The notes under the pieces are model-generated. The model was not told the origin of the DNA. It searched no databases and saw nothing but the letters and a program-made list of their open reading frames with translations. From positions 38,321 through 102,320 of the IMG/VR virus record IMGVR_UViG_3300028797_000098: a stretch of DNA of 64,000 bases; one strand, given 5' to 3'. Positions 8,306 through 16,849 of this stretch are shown here, piece by piece. Position 1 is the stretch's first letter. The number at the start of each line of letters is the position of its first letter. The stretch is from a virus. Lineage: Duplodnaviria > Heunggongvirae > Uroviricota > Caudoviricetes. Both the position numbers and the translations under genes were made by a program.

Positions 8306-8380
8306 GCGCTCTTAGCCAAGCCTGGTCTAAGGCAAGTGGTTGCAACCCACTGATCGGCGGTCCGAATCCGTCAGAGCGCT
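8306..8380 (+). tRNA. tRNA-Cys(GCA)
   Basis: Perfect acceptor GCGCTCT/AGAGCGC. Anticodon loop ttGCAac. Confidence 0.65.
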
Positions 8381-8394
8381 CGAAAGATTTTTAT

Positions 8395-8467
8395 GGGGCT
8401 GTAGCTCAGTTGGTAGAGCGGCAGGTTGAAGCCCTGCGCGTCGGAGGTTCGACTCCTCCCGGTCCCA
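8395..8467 (+). tRNA. tRNA-Phe(GAA)
   Basis: Canonical GTAGCTCAGTTGGTAGAGC D-arm. Anticodon loop ttGAAgc. Confidence 0.7.
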
Positions 8468-8473
8468 CTATTT

Positions 8474-8561
8474 GGAAATGTCCCATAATTGGTTATTGGC
8501 CCTCCTTGGAAAGGAGCGTGGTGGTGAAAGCTGCATGAAGGTTCGAGTCCTCCCATTTCCG
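8474..8561 (+). tRNA. tRNA-Ser(GGA), class II
   Basis: Perfect acceptor GGAAATG/CATTTCC. Anticodon loop ttGGAaa. Long variable arm. Confidence 0.55.
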
Positions 8562-8568
8562 CGAATTT

Positions 8569-8655
8569 GGAAGCGTAGACCTAATTGGTAAGGCCCCCGG
8601 CCCGAACCCGGTGGTGAGGAAGTTCCTCATGTAGGTTCAAGTCCTGCCGCTTCCG
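8569..8655 (+). tRNA. tRNA-Ser(CGA), class II
   Basis: Perfect acceptor GGAAGCG/CGCTTCC. Long variable arm. Anticodon reading CGA is tentative. Confidence 0.45.
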
Positions 8656-8659
8656 CTAT

Positions 8660-8743
8660 GGAAGCGCACGAGATTGGCGACTCAAGCGGACTTGAAATCC
8701 GTGGTTCCGCAAGGGCTTGGGGGTTCGACTCCCTCCGCTTCCG
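8660..8743 (+). tRNA. tRNA-Ser(TGA), class II
   Basis: Same acceptor as the previous tRNA. Anticodon loop ctTGAaa as in E. coli tRNA-Ser. Confidence 0.55.
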
Positions 8744-8752
8744 CGAAAGTAT

Positions 8753-8825
8753 TCCGACATAGCTCAATTGGTAGAGCAGTTCATTCGTAATGAACCGGTT
8801 GCTCGTTCGACCCGAGCTGTCGGAG
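8753..8825 (+). tRNA. tRNA-Thr(CGT)
   Basis: Perfect acceptor TCCGACA/TGTCGGA. Anticodon loop ttCGTaa. Confidence 0.65.
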
Positions 8826-8829
8826 CTAT

Positions 8830-8918
8830 GGAGAGGTAGCCTAATTGGTAAGGCAGGGGCTTGCTAAGCCCCCGTGGCCCTCAAAAGCTGCTTGCAGGTT
8901 CGAACCCTGTCCTCTCCT
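8830..8918 (+). tRNA. tRNA-Ser(GCT), class II
   Basis: Perfect acceptor GGAGAGG/CCTCTCC. Anticodon loop ttGCTaa. Long variable arm. Confidence 0.55.
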
Positions 8919-8924
8919 CTACAT

Positions 8925-8998
8925 GGTGTCAGTAGCTCAATCGGTGGAGCCCTGGTTTGTGGAACCAGCTGTTGCAAGTTCAAGCCTTGTCTGATACC
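8925..8998 (+). tRNA. tRNA-His(GTG) with encoded G-1
   Basis: Extra 5' G opposite discriminator C. Anticodon loop ttGTGga. Confidence 0.65.
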
Positions 8999-9046
8999 CT
9001 AAGTCATCTGAAATGTCGCGGATTTATTCAAGCAAAAGGATACAAC

Positions 9047-9376
9047 ATGATTACGGTAGCACAGATCAACGAATTGCGCAAGGCGACCCAGGTGAGCATG
9101 CTTCTATGTAAGCAGGCCCTGGAAGCGACCGGTGGCGATTTCGATGCCGCCAAGGAATGGCTCAGGGGCCAGGGCGGCGAGGTCGCCGGTGGCCCTTCCG
9201 AGTTCGGCGTCACCCTTTTCGCCGATGGCGCCGTCAATCAGCATGGTGTCACCGATGTCTTCACCTATTCCGACGGACATTCCACCGTGGACATCCGCGG
9301 TTATAGCGGTACGACCCCTTCTACCGTATGGGCCGATTTCAGGCACCAGCTCGTATTGAGACCGGCCAAGGCCTAG
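9047..9376 (+). CDS. EF-Ts N-terminal (UBA-like) domain protein
   Basis: AAAGGA SD then ATG. MITVAQINELRKATQVSMLLCKQALEATGGDFDAAKEWLRGQG resembles the EF-Tu-binding N-terminus of EF-Ts. The remainder is unrelated. Confidence 0.5.
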   Translation: MITVAQINELRKATQVSMLLCKQALEATGGDFDAAKEWLRGQGGEVAGGPSEFGVTLFADGAVNQHGVTDVFTYSDGHSTVDIRGYSGTTPSTVWADFRHQLVLRPAKA

Positions 9377-9383
9377 TCTTTCA

Positions 9384-9459
9384 GCCGGCGTAGCTCAATG
9401 GACTTCAGAGCACTCGACTTCTAATCGACAGGTTGCCAGTTCGACCCTGGCCGTCGGCA
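9384..9459 (+). tRNA. tRNA-Arg(TCT)
   Basis: Anticodon loop ctTCTaa. T-arm GCCAG-TTCGACC-CTGGC. Followed by TTTTTT. Confidence 0.6.
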
Positions 9460-9505
9460 TTTTTTGTTCATATTTTGTGAATATCTGTTGCCAACATGTG
9501 AAAAT

Positions 9506-9518
9506 ATTGCTATATATT
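9506..9518 (+). promoter_or_regulatory. TTTGCTAYATTT-family promoter element
   Basis: ATTGCTATATATT 40 nt upstream of the 9558 ATG. Confidence 0.4.
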
Positions 9519-9557
9519 CGATAACAAAAACATTAACATCTAACAAAGGATTGAAAA

Positions 9558-9788
9558 ATGAAGAAGAACGCTGTTGCTTCCGCCACGAAGACTGTTGCAG
9601 ACAAGGAATCTCAGGCAACTATCAAGAAGCTCACTGCTGAAAATGCAAAGCTCACGAAGTCCCTCAAGTCCGCTGTCGCCAAGGCTGACAAGGCTGCTTC
9701 CGCATCTGCCGCTAAGCTTGCAAAGGCTAACGACAAGATTGCAAAGTTGCAGGAAACTGTCGCAGCTCTCAAGGGCAAGAAGAAGTAA
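9558..9788 (+). CDS. small Lys/Ala-rich coiled-coil (histone-H1-like) protein
   Basis: AAAGGATTGAAAA then ATG. 76 aa, about 45% Ala+Lys. Confidence 0.5.
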   Translation: MKKNAVASATKTVADKESQATIKKLTAENAKLTKSLKSAVAKADKAASASAAKLAKANDKIAKLQETVAALKGKKK

Positions 9789-9828
9789 TTCAAACCACAT
9801 ACCCTCCTTTGTGGTAGGCAACCGGCAT

Positions 9829-9862
9829 CATGAGGGCCGGTTGTCATTTTTTATTCGTATTG
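9829..9862 (+). terminator. rho-independent terminator
   Basis: CAACCGGC-atcatgaggg-CCGGTTG followed by TCATTTTTT. Confidence 0.6.
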
Positions 9863-9870
9863 CTATATTC
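9859..9870 (+). promoter_or_regulatory. promoter element ATTGCTATATTC
   Basis: Ends 5 nt before the ATG at 9876. Confidence 0.45.
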
Positions 9871-9875
9871 GGTGT

Positions 9876-10547
9876 ATGGAACAAGGAACAAGACTTTACA
9901 TCAATATTACCAACCGCTGCAATACGGACTGCCCGTTTTGCTGCATGTACTCCGGAACGGGAAATACTATCGACATGGATTTCGATGTGTTCCGTCGCAT
10001 CATAAATGAATGCCATGGCGACTTCGAGATTCAGTTTGAGGGCGGTGAACCCTTGATCCACAAGAATTTCTACCTATTCCTCGAATATGCCATCTCGACT
10101 GGCCGTTGCAAGAAGGTGAATATCCTGACGAACGGCATCGTGCTCGGGAAACACCTGCCTCGCCTGGTAAGTGTGTACAAGTGGTATGACATTCCCTTTG
10201 AAATCAAGGTATCGGTGAACTACTGGCTTATCAGGAAGCATGAAAACCATATCAAGCTGATTGCCGACTATGTGTTCGCCACCGAATACATGCCGAACTT
10301 CAATATTGTCCTGAATACCCGCAAGCGGCATAACGATGAGTGGATTGACGAGGAAATCAAGAATGCCGGGATGGAGGCCATTAACCACTCATTTTACCTT
10401 CAGAGTTATGGTAAGATGACTGGAAGCGACTATGATGGGGTGAAGATTGTCCAGAACATTGAAAACTGGCAGATTTACTCTGTAGATGGGCTGTGTTTCC
10501 ATCAGGACCTGGTTGCCCGTTCCGAACATGAGAGGAATCTATCGTGA
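9876..10547 (+). CDS. radical SAM protein, paralog 1 (MoaA/PqqE-like core)
   Basis: CNTDCPFCC CxxxCxxC motif, FEGGEPLIH, ILTNG. Confidence 0.7.
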   Translation: MEQGTRLYINITNRCNTDCPFCCMYSGTGNTIDMDFDVFRRIINECHGDFEIQFEGGEPLIHKNFYLFLEYAISTGRCKKVNILTNGIVLGKHLPRLVSVYKWYDIPFEIKVSVNYWLIRKHENHIKLIADYVFATEYMPNFNIVLNTRKRHNDEWIDEEIKNAGMEAINHSFYLQSYGKMTGSDYDGVKIVQNIENWQIYSVDGLCFHQDLVARSEHERNLS

Positions 10548-11506
10548 ATACCATCAAGTTTGCTCCATACAATGACTTCGTGACCGAACAGCACGATGTC
10601 GAGCATGCCTCGGTGGACACCGTTAAGGTGGGTGAAACTGAGTACAGGTTCTACAACCCCTGCAACCTGAACGTGTTCATCACGAATACGTGTCAGAACG
10701 CATGCGACTTCTGCATCAACAAGGGGCAGACGGACCAGTTCCGCATGGGTGACACTACATATTACGAGGACTTGGAGAAGGGTCTGGAAAAGCTGTCCGG
10801 TGTGAAGCTGGAAGCGACCATCACAGGCGGGGAACCTACTCTTCTCCCGAGACGCCTGGTCGAGACAGTTCGTATCCTGACCAAGCACGGGGTGCATGAA
10901 CGCACCGTGTCTACCACAGGCATCGGACTCCTTGAAAAGTACGAGGGGAAGACCGTCTTCCAGCACCTAATCGAGAATGGGTACACCCACAATATCTCGA
11001 TTAGCCGCATGGCCGAGGACGAATGGGAGAATGACCGCATCATGATGGGCGAGAAGTATTCGTCCAGGCAGCGTAACATTGGAAACGACGAGCTTAGGCG
11101 CCTCGCGACCATCGCCAAGGCGAATGGGGTTCAGTTACGCACCAGTACCAATTTACTTGCCGGACATGTTGATTCGTTCAAGAAGATGCTTCAATTTGTC
11201 GATTTTCAGTATGGTAATGGTATCGAAAGCTGTCTGTTCCGTGAGCTCGAAGGAAAGATACAGAAAATGTGGACGCCGATTGACTGGATTGCCGATACCG
11301 TGCGTATCATTAAGGATTTTAAATATGTCAAGACGGTGAACGGCATGTTCTATGACATAGAACAGTATCTGTACACTTCGCAGGCAACTGGGATGGAGTA
11401 CATTGTCAAGGTTTACAAGAACCATGTGGTCGATGCCGACATCATTGGTTCGCTTTCATTTAATCACGGTGTCATCCGAAAAGGATTTCATGGAGAAGAA
11501 ATATGA
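10544..11506 (+). CDS. radical SAM protein, paralog 2
   Basis: CQNACDFC, ITGGEPTLL, TTGIG. ATGA overlap with the upstream gene. Confidence 0.7.
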   Translation: MNTIKFAPYNDFVTEQHDVEHASVDTVKVGETEYRFYNPCNLNVFITNTCQNACDFCINKGQTDQFRMGDTTYYEDLEKGLEKLSGVKLEATITGGEPTLLPRRLVETVRILTKHGVHERTVSTTGIGLLEKYEGKTVFQHLIENGYTHNISISRMAEDEWENDRIMMGEKYSSRQRNIGNDELRRLATIAKANGVQLRTSTNLLAGHVDSFKKMLQFVDFQYGNGIESCLFRELEGKIQKMWTPIDWIADTVRIIKDFKYVKTVNGMFYDIEQYLYTSQATGMEYIVKVYKNHVVDADIIGSLSFNHGVIRKGFHGEEI

Positions 11507-12627
11507 TTAAAGTGGGTGCAGAAAGAGAAATTCGCTGGCAGCCTGAACTTAGAGAAGAACGCCAGAAGAATTACGATATTACACAATACGAGAGCATTCA
11601 TCACAAGTTTGCTACTGGTGATTTTGATGTCTACAAGAACTTCAACTTCAGTATCTTCATCAGCGACTACTGCAACGCGGACTGCAAGTTCTGTGTTGCA
11701 CAGCTCCGCTATGCCAACAAGGGGCTGATGTACCAGAAGGAGAAGCTGCCGGATAACCTGTGGCTGACCCGCTGCCGTGAAGTTCTTGAAATGATCCGTC
11801 CCCTCAACCCGAGCATTTCCATTACGGGCGGTGAACCGACTATGTCCAAGAAGCTCATTCCGGTTCTTGAAATGGTGAACGAGCTTGGTTTCCGCAAGCG
11901 CACCATCACGACCAACGGTTCGCACCTCTTTGACAAGGTGGGCAACAAGATGATTATTGACCATCTTATTGATAACGGATGGAATCACTTGAACATTTCC
12001 CGCCCGGCAATCACCGACGAGACTGCGAAACGCCTCATGCGCTTCAATAACGAGGAAGGTTTCTGTTCCAATGAAATGATGCGTGACATCATCGACATTA
12101 CGAACCATTCCGACATGAAACACCGCATTTCCTGCCTCCTCTTGAAGGAGGAAGTGAACTCCGTTGAAAAGATGAAGGAGTATTTGGACACCTATATCGA
12201 CATGGGCGCCAACAATTTCATCTTCCGCGAGCTCATGGACTACGACACGACCGCAATCAACCTGGAAAAGACCAAGTATTGTGTGGACAACAAGGTCAAG
12301 CTGAACGATATCTGGGCCAAGATTGACAATTACCCTGAATTCGAGAAGTACCTGAACATCCTCGGCTACTATTACTATGTGGAAATCTACAAGTACCGTG
12401 GCGCGACGGTCGCCTCCGAGGGCGCTAACATGGTCCAGCAGGGTCTCGAAGTGAAGAAGCACCCGAACCGTGTCTACGAGGCCGTGTTCCATCCGAATGG
12501 AAACCTCTGCGCATCCTGGATTGACAAGGAACGCATCCTTGACCCGTATTACATTGAGCATAAGATCGTCAAACGCCGTTTTGGCGATACTGCTAACTCG
12601 GATGCCAACCTCAAAGTGGGGAAATAG
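11503..12627 (+). CDS. radical SAM protein, paralog 3
   Basis: CNADCKFC, ITGGEPTM, TTNGSHL. Clearly paralogous to 10544-11506. Confidence 0.7.
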   Translation: MIKVGAEREIRWQPELREERQKNYDITQYESIHHKFATGDFDVYKNFNFSIFISDYCNADCKFCVAQLRYANKGLMYQKEKLPDNLWLTRCREVLEMIRPLNPSISITGGEPTMSKKLIPVLEMVNELGFRKRTITTNGSHLFDKVGNKMIIDHLIDNGWNHLNISRPAITDETAKRLMRFNNEEGFCSNEMMRDIIDITNHSDMKHRISCLLLKEEVNSVEKMKEYLDTYIDMGANNFIFRELMDYDTTAINLEKTKYCVDNKVKLNDIWAKIDNYPEFEKYLNILGYYYYVEIYKYRGATVASEGANMVQQGLEVKKHPNRVYEAVFHPNGNLCASWIDKERILDPYYIEHKIVKRRFGDTANSDANLKVGK

Positions 12628-12628
12628 C

Positions 12629-13348
12629 ATGAAAATCGGTATCATTTGTGGAAATATCGGCTCTGGAAAGAGCAGTGTGGCCGAAGAACTCAGGAAGATG
12701 GGTTACCCGGTCATCAACACGGACGACCTGATGAAGGTTATCTACAAGAGCAACCCTAGCGTGTACGGCACTGTCACCTCCATCTGGGGCCAGGATTCAA
12801 TCGACATGTTCGGTTCCCTGTCCCAGGAAGTGCGCGACCTCGCCTTGAAGGACGAGACCGTATATGATTTCCTCATGAACCTTGTCCAGTACCCGCTGCG
12901 TTCTGCGCTTGGGAAGATATTCTGCAATTTCACCTTTGACCGGGCGTATAACGACAAGACGATCTTCATCGAGAGCGCCGTCATGTGCAAGTGGATGTAC
13001 GAATGGGTCAACCCAGCGCGTACTATCGACCATGTATTCCGCATCACCGTGCCGAATACCGACGAGCGCCTTTACCGCGTGGTGAACCGCTATGCCCGCC
13101 GCAATCGAATCGAGACGGAATGCACCGGTTTCAGTGTGCTTCCTGATGAGGAATACAAGAAGAACAAGCTGCTGCTGGCCGATTTCAGGAAGATGGTCGC
13201 TCTTACGGATGACATGCAGACTAACCTGTATAACAAGTGGCTTGGTTCCAACGATCCGCATTTCCCGGAACCTATCGTGCTTGTGAACGAGGGACGCGAA
13301 GACGTGAAGCGGATTGCCAATCGTATTGTTGAAATTGTTTCAAAGTAA
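12629..13348 (+). CDS. P-loop kinase, dephospho-CoA kinase (CoaE)-like
   Basis: MKIGIICGNIGSGKSSVAEELRKMGYPVINTDDL matches the CoaE Walker A and VIDAD context. Starts 1 nt after the upstream stop. Confidence 0.55.
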   Translation: MKIGIICGNIGSGKSSVAEELRKMGYPVINTDDLMKVIYKSNPSVYGTVTSIWGQDSIDMFGSLSQEVRDLALKDETVYDFLMNLVQYPLRSALGKIFCNFTFDRAYNDKTIFIESAVMCKWMYEWVNPARTIDHVFRITVPNTDERLYRVVNRYARRNRIETECTGFSVLPDEEYKKNKLLLADFRKMVALTDDMQTNLYNKWLGSNDPHFPEPIVLVNEGREDVKRIANRIVEIVSK

Positions 13349-13367
13349 ACGTTTTTTAACAATTCAA

Positions 13368-13400
13368 TGGCACTGCTATTTTTCAAAGTAGTGCCATTTT
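13368..13400 (+). terminator. hairpin terminator
   Basis: AATGGCACTGCT-attttt-caaAGTAGTGCCATT followed by TTTT. Confidence 0.5.
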
Positions 13401-13411
13401 TGCTATATTTT
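13397..13411 (+). promoter_or_regulatory. promoter element TTTTGCTATATTTT
   Basis: 6 nt upstream of the ATG at 13417. Confidence 0.5.
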
Positions 13412-13416
13412 CTTGT

Positions 13417-14181
13417 ATGAATAAAAATAATCCAGTAAAACTGTCCGATATCAAGGAATTCTTGCCTGAAGGCCCGGTGTTGTTCAATCCGCCCAAGACG
13501 ATGTATGTTTGGGATGATGACGATGCGAATGACCCTGAAACAAGTGCACCTTACCTTGCTGAGGTGTTATACGTAAATCCTTCTCTGGGTGTTAAGCGTG
13601 TGTTTGCTCGCGGGAATGGAATGGCTGCGCAGAATGCAGGCGCCACCTGGGACCACTGCGCCGAAACTACCGGTACGGGACGGCTATTTGCACTGGCATA
13701 CATTGATGGCACATTGGGTTCTAGTGAGCAGCTGGACCACCATGTGATCAAGATATTTAATGATGACGATGTGAAGATTAACCCGTCTGCCGGATTGGCA
13801 ACTTATCGTGAGCTATCCGAATGGCTTTCAAAAGGCAAGGGACAGGTTTTAATGGCCCGTCAAGACGATGCGATTATTCCGCCAACAATTACCAATACGC
13901 TTGCGTATCCGAATCATTTGGATGAAAAACCAGTGCCTTATTCATTGACTGCGGGTACCGGTGAAATGTATTACAAGATTAGGCGATACGACGATACCGA
14001 ATTTGTTGATCCGCTTCGTAAGAACCTGGAAGAACCGTCTTGCAAGGCTGTACTTGATTCTGCAGTTGAAGTGCCGGAATCGGTTAAGCATAATCTTGGA
14101 CTGCAACCCGGGCAATGTTGTCATCATTTAGCCAGTACTCCCGATTGGTCAACTGTTGTAGATGAGGGTAATCATGGATAA
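13417..14181 (+). CDS. hypothetical protein
   Basis: 254-aa ORF directly after a promoter element. Confidence 0.5.
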   Translation: MNKNNPVKLSDIKEFLPEGPVLFNPPKTMYVWDDDDANDPETSAPYLAEVLYVNPSLGVKRVFARGNGMAAQNAGATWDHCAETTGTGRLFALAYIDGTLGSSEQLDHHVIKIFNDDDVKINPSAGLATYRELSEWLSKGKGQVLMARQDDAIIPPTITNTLAYPNHLDEKPVPYSLTAGTGEMYYKIRRYDDTEFVDPLRKNLEEPSCKAVLDSAVEVPESVKHNLGLQPGQCCHHLASTPDWSTVVDEGNHG

Positions 14182-14929
14182 GGAAGAAGAAAAGAAGAAA
14201 ATCGATGACTTGTTTGCTCCTCATGACTTAGACCTTGAAGGATTTTCCGATGCAGTAAAGGCGAGATTCGAAGAAGCGACCTGCCGTACCGATAACCAGA
14301 ATGAGTACATGCTTTTCCCCGATGGGTGTGAATTGGGCATGATTGGAACTATGGTGAACGAACATGGTATTGAAGTTCCGGTCTATGAACGTGGGCTGTC
14401 AATCAGGTCAAAAATGAAAAGCTATGGCCCTGATTGGGCGAAAGAGATGGGTGTATATACCGAAGAGCAGCTTTCTGACCCCGAATACATGGAAACTGAG
14501 CTGTTTGCCGCTGCCGAGGAAGATTTTGAATATAATACCGTCAGGTCCCTCCCATATCAGCATGAGCATGCCCCGGTAATCATGGAAGTCCTGCATGACA
14601 TCGATGAGCGCGGCGATTCTAGTCGCTGGGATATGCCAATCGTTGGTAAATTGGACAAGCGTTGGGACAGTGCGTTCATTGGGACGATTGAAAATTCTGA
14701 TTATGCTCCCGTTGCAGTATATGAATTTGGACTGTTAGTCAAGGCCATGATGAGCGAAAACGACGTAGATGCTGATTTCGGCAAGGAACTTACGAAAAAG
14801 TATATTGCCGAAGGTATTCACGGCGACAAGCCCGTCATCCTTTACGGTTTCAAGGTAGATGCCGACCGTTGGGATGCTCTCAGGAAGGACATAAACGACG
14901 AAATGATGGAGGCTTTCTTCAATGCCTAG
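14174..14929 (+). CDS. hypothetical acidic protein
   Basis: Asp/Glu-rich ORF. Start may be 14162 or 14174. Confidence 0.45.
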   Translation: MDKEEEKKKIDDLFAPHDLDLEGFSDAVKARFEEATCRTDNQNEYMLFPDGCELGMIGTMVNEHGIEVPVYERGLSIRSKMKSYGPDWAKEMGVYTEEQLSDPEYMETELFAAAEEDFEYNTVRSLPYQHEHAPVIMEVLHDIDERGDSSRWDMPIVGKLDKRWDSAFIGTIENSDYAPVAVYEFGLLVKAMMSENDVDADFGKELTKKYIAEGIHGDKPVILYGFKVDADRWDALRKDINDEMMEAFFNA

Positions 14930-15500
14930 ATACGATAAGCCGGAATACGAGGGAGATTCCCGTCCGGAAACCCAGAAGCATATTGACCTAGTGAATGAAA
15001 ATGGCAAGAAGTTCTGTGACAAGTTCCTTGAACGTCTTAAGAATCACGATGCCTCCAAGCTAGTGGAGCCTGAACATAAATATTTTGACAAGGGCACCCC
15101 TAATTTGAAGACTAGTACCTATGGCGAAAAGTCTTATGACGATGCCAAGTCGAAGATAAAGCCGGGCCTTGACCATCACTATGCCGAGAATGATCATCAC
15201 CCCGAGCATTTTGGGGAGCAGGGCATATCTGGAATGAATCTGTACCAGTTGCTTGAGATGTGGATTGACTGGACAGCGGCTGTGAAGCGTCATGCCGACG
15301 GCAATATCTTCAATAGCCTTATGTACAACAAGGACAGGCCGGAATTCCACATGGATGACCAGGTGTTCAACATCCTGATGAATACTGCCACCGAGGATTT
15401 TCCGGAGCAGATGGATTCCGCGAATGAAAAATTCCAGAATTACATCAACGGAATGTTGAAAGAGGGTGACGATGTGGGAACTGATACTGGAGATAATTGA
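14922..15500 (+). CDS. hypothetical protein
   Basis: 192-aa ORF. ATGCCTAG overlap with the upstream gene. Confidence 0.45.
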   Translation: MPRYDKPEYEGDSRPETQKHIDLVNENGKKFCDKFLERLKNHDASKLVEPEHKYFDKGTPNLKTSTYGEKSYDDAKSKIKPGLDHHYAENDHHPEHFGEQGISGMNLYQLLEMWIDWTAAVKRHADGNIFNSLMYNKDRPEFHMDDQVFNILMNTATEDFPEQMDSANEKFQNYINGMLKEGDDVGTDTGDN

Positions 15501-15654
15501 TGTAATGCTGGACTGGTTTGCCATACCGGACTGGCCTTTCTCCAAGAAATCCAAAAAGGACAAGTAAAAATGGACATGGACCGTGCATTGGCGTTTATTT
15601 TCACGCTTGTTTGCGTGGTTTTTGTACTATGGTTGATATCTTCGTGGTAAAAAT

Positions 15655-15972
15655 ATGAGAGAATTCTGCAACTGCCCCTGTTGCCGGCACAGTGCGGGGG
15701 AACTTACTGACCGGGAGTATGCCTGGTACCTGAAAGGGTGTATTGAGATGGCCGCTTCAATTCCGAAAGAAATAATTGAAAAATGGAAATCGGAAAGCGC
15801 AGCCAAGGTTGAAAGCGATTTTGAGTGTGACTTATGGACCGAGGACTCAGGAAACCGTATCATACTGAAAGAACTTATTGAGCACATGAAAAGGGAAGGG
15901 CAACTGGTCGACCCGGCGTTCCTTCATCCGGAAGAATATCGTTTTCCAGAGGAAAAGAAAGATGGAAAATAG
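15655..15972 (+). CDS. hypothetical Cys-rich protein
   Basis: Begins MREFCNCPCCRH. Confidence 0.4.
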   Translation: MREFCNCPCCRHSAGELTDREYAWYLKGCIEMAASIPKEIIEKWKSESAAKVESDFECDLWTEDSGNRIILKELIEHMKREGQLVDPAFLHPEEYRFPEEKKDGK

Positions 15973-16369
15973 GAAAGTAGTTGAGCACGGCATCTACCGT
16001 CATTTCAAGGGCAAGTATTACATTGTCGAAGGGATTGCCAACAATTCCGAGACCAGTGAACCGATGGTAGTCTATCGTCACCTGTATGGCGACAGGTCGC
16101 TCTGTGTCCGTCCAGTGGATATGTTCCTTTCGGAAGTTGACCATGAGAAGTATCCGGATGTGAAACAGAAGTACCGCTTCGAGGAAGTGGGCGAATATGG
16201 TGGCAAACCTGTCGATGACAAAAGCGTGGGGCCGTTTCCTTGCTTATGCGAGATGTTCGGTATTGACCGACATGCCGCGGATGCCCAGGACGCCCTCATG
16301 AGTGCAATATGGGCGAACACTCCTCATTTCAGTGGGCCAAAGACCGACATTGGTAAGGGTAATACATAA
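15962..16369 (+). CDS. DUF1653-like protein
   Basis: GIYRHFKGKYYIVEGIANNSETSEPMVVYRHLYGD...VRPVDMF matches the DUF1653 pattern as I recall it. Confidence 0.45.
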   Translation: MENRKVVEHGIYRHFKGKYYIVEGIANNSETSEPMVVYRHLYGDRSLCVRPVDMFLSEVDHEKYPDVKQKYRFEEVGEYGGKPVDDKSVGPFPCLCEMFGIDRHAADAQDALMSAIWANTPHFSGPKTDIGKGNT

Positions 16370-16830
16370 TGAAGAAAAAATGGAAAGACGGTGAGGATCG
16401 TAATACATACAAGGATGAATGGTGGGAAGCTTTAATCCATCGTTACTTTCCCGATGCTGTGTTTACTAATACTCTTTTGCCCTATGATGTTTGCCGTATT
16501 GCGACAATAAATGGGCAGAATCTATTCTATAGTAATGATGACGGTACATATTCAATTGCCGTTGAAGTTGACGAGGAATATACGAGTGTTCGAAACAAGC
16601 AAAAATACACCAAAATGCTGGTTGATTTCGTTGTCGAGTACCGCGAAAAGGAATATCTGAATAAGAACCTGATGTTCAAGGACTTAGCTAGATACATATT
16701 GAATAGCCCGCTTTATAATATGCGAAATTATTTCATTAAGGATATCAGCATGCCTAATGCGAAAGCAATCACGATTACCGCGCAGAACATTGACAATCCC
16801 GATGATGAACGGCAAATTCATCTTCATTAG
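16369..16830 (+). CDS. hypothetical protein
   Basis: 153-aa ORF. TAATG overlap with the upstream gene. Confidence 0.45.
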   Translation: MKKKWKDGEDRNTYKDEWWEALIHRYFPDAVFTNTLLPYDVCRIATINGQNLFYSNDDGTYSIAVEVDEEYTSVRNKQKYTKMLVDFVVEYREKEYLNKNLMFKDLARYILNSPLYNMRNYFIKDISMPNAKAITITAQNIDNPDDERQIHLH

Positions 16831-16849
16831 ACCATTGTGGAGTTAAAAT

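Noticed and set aside
11488-12645. 385-aa minus-strand ORF
   Set aside because: Antisense to radical-SAM paralog 3, which has an intact CxxxCxxC motif.
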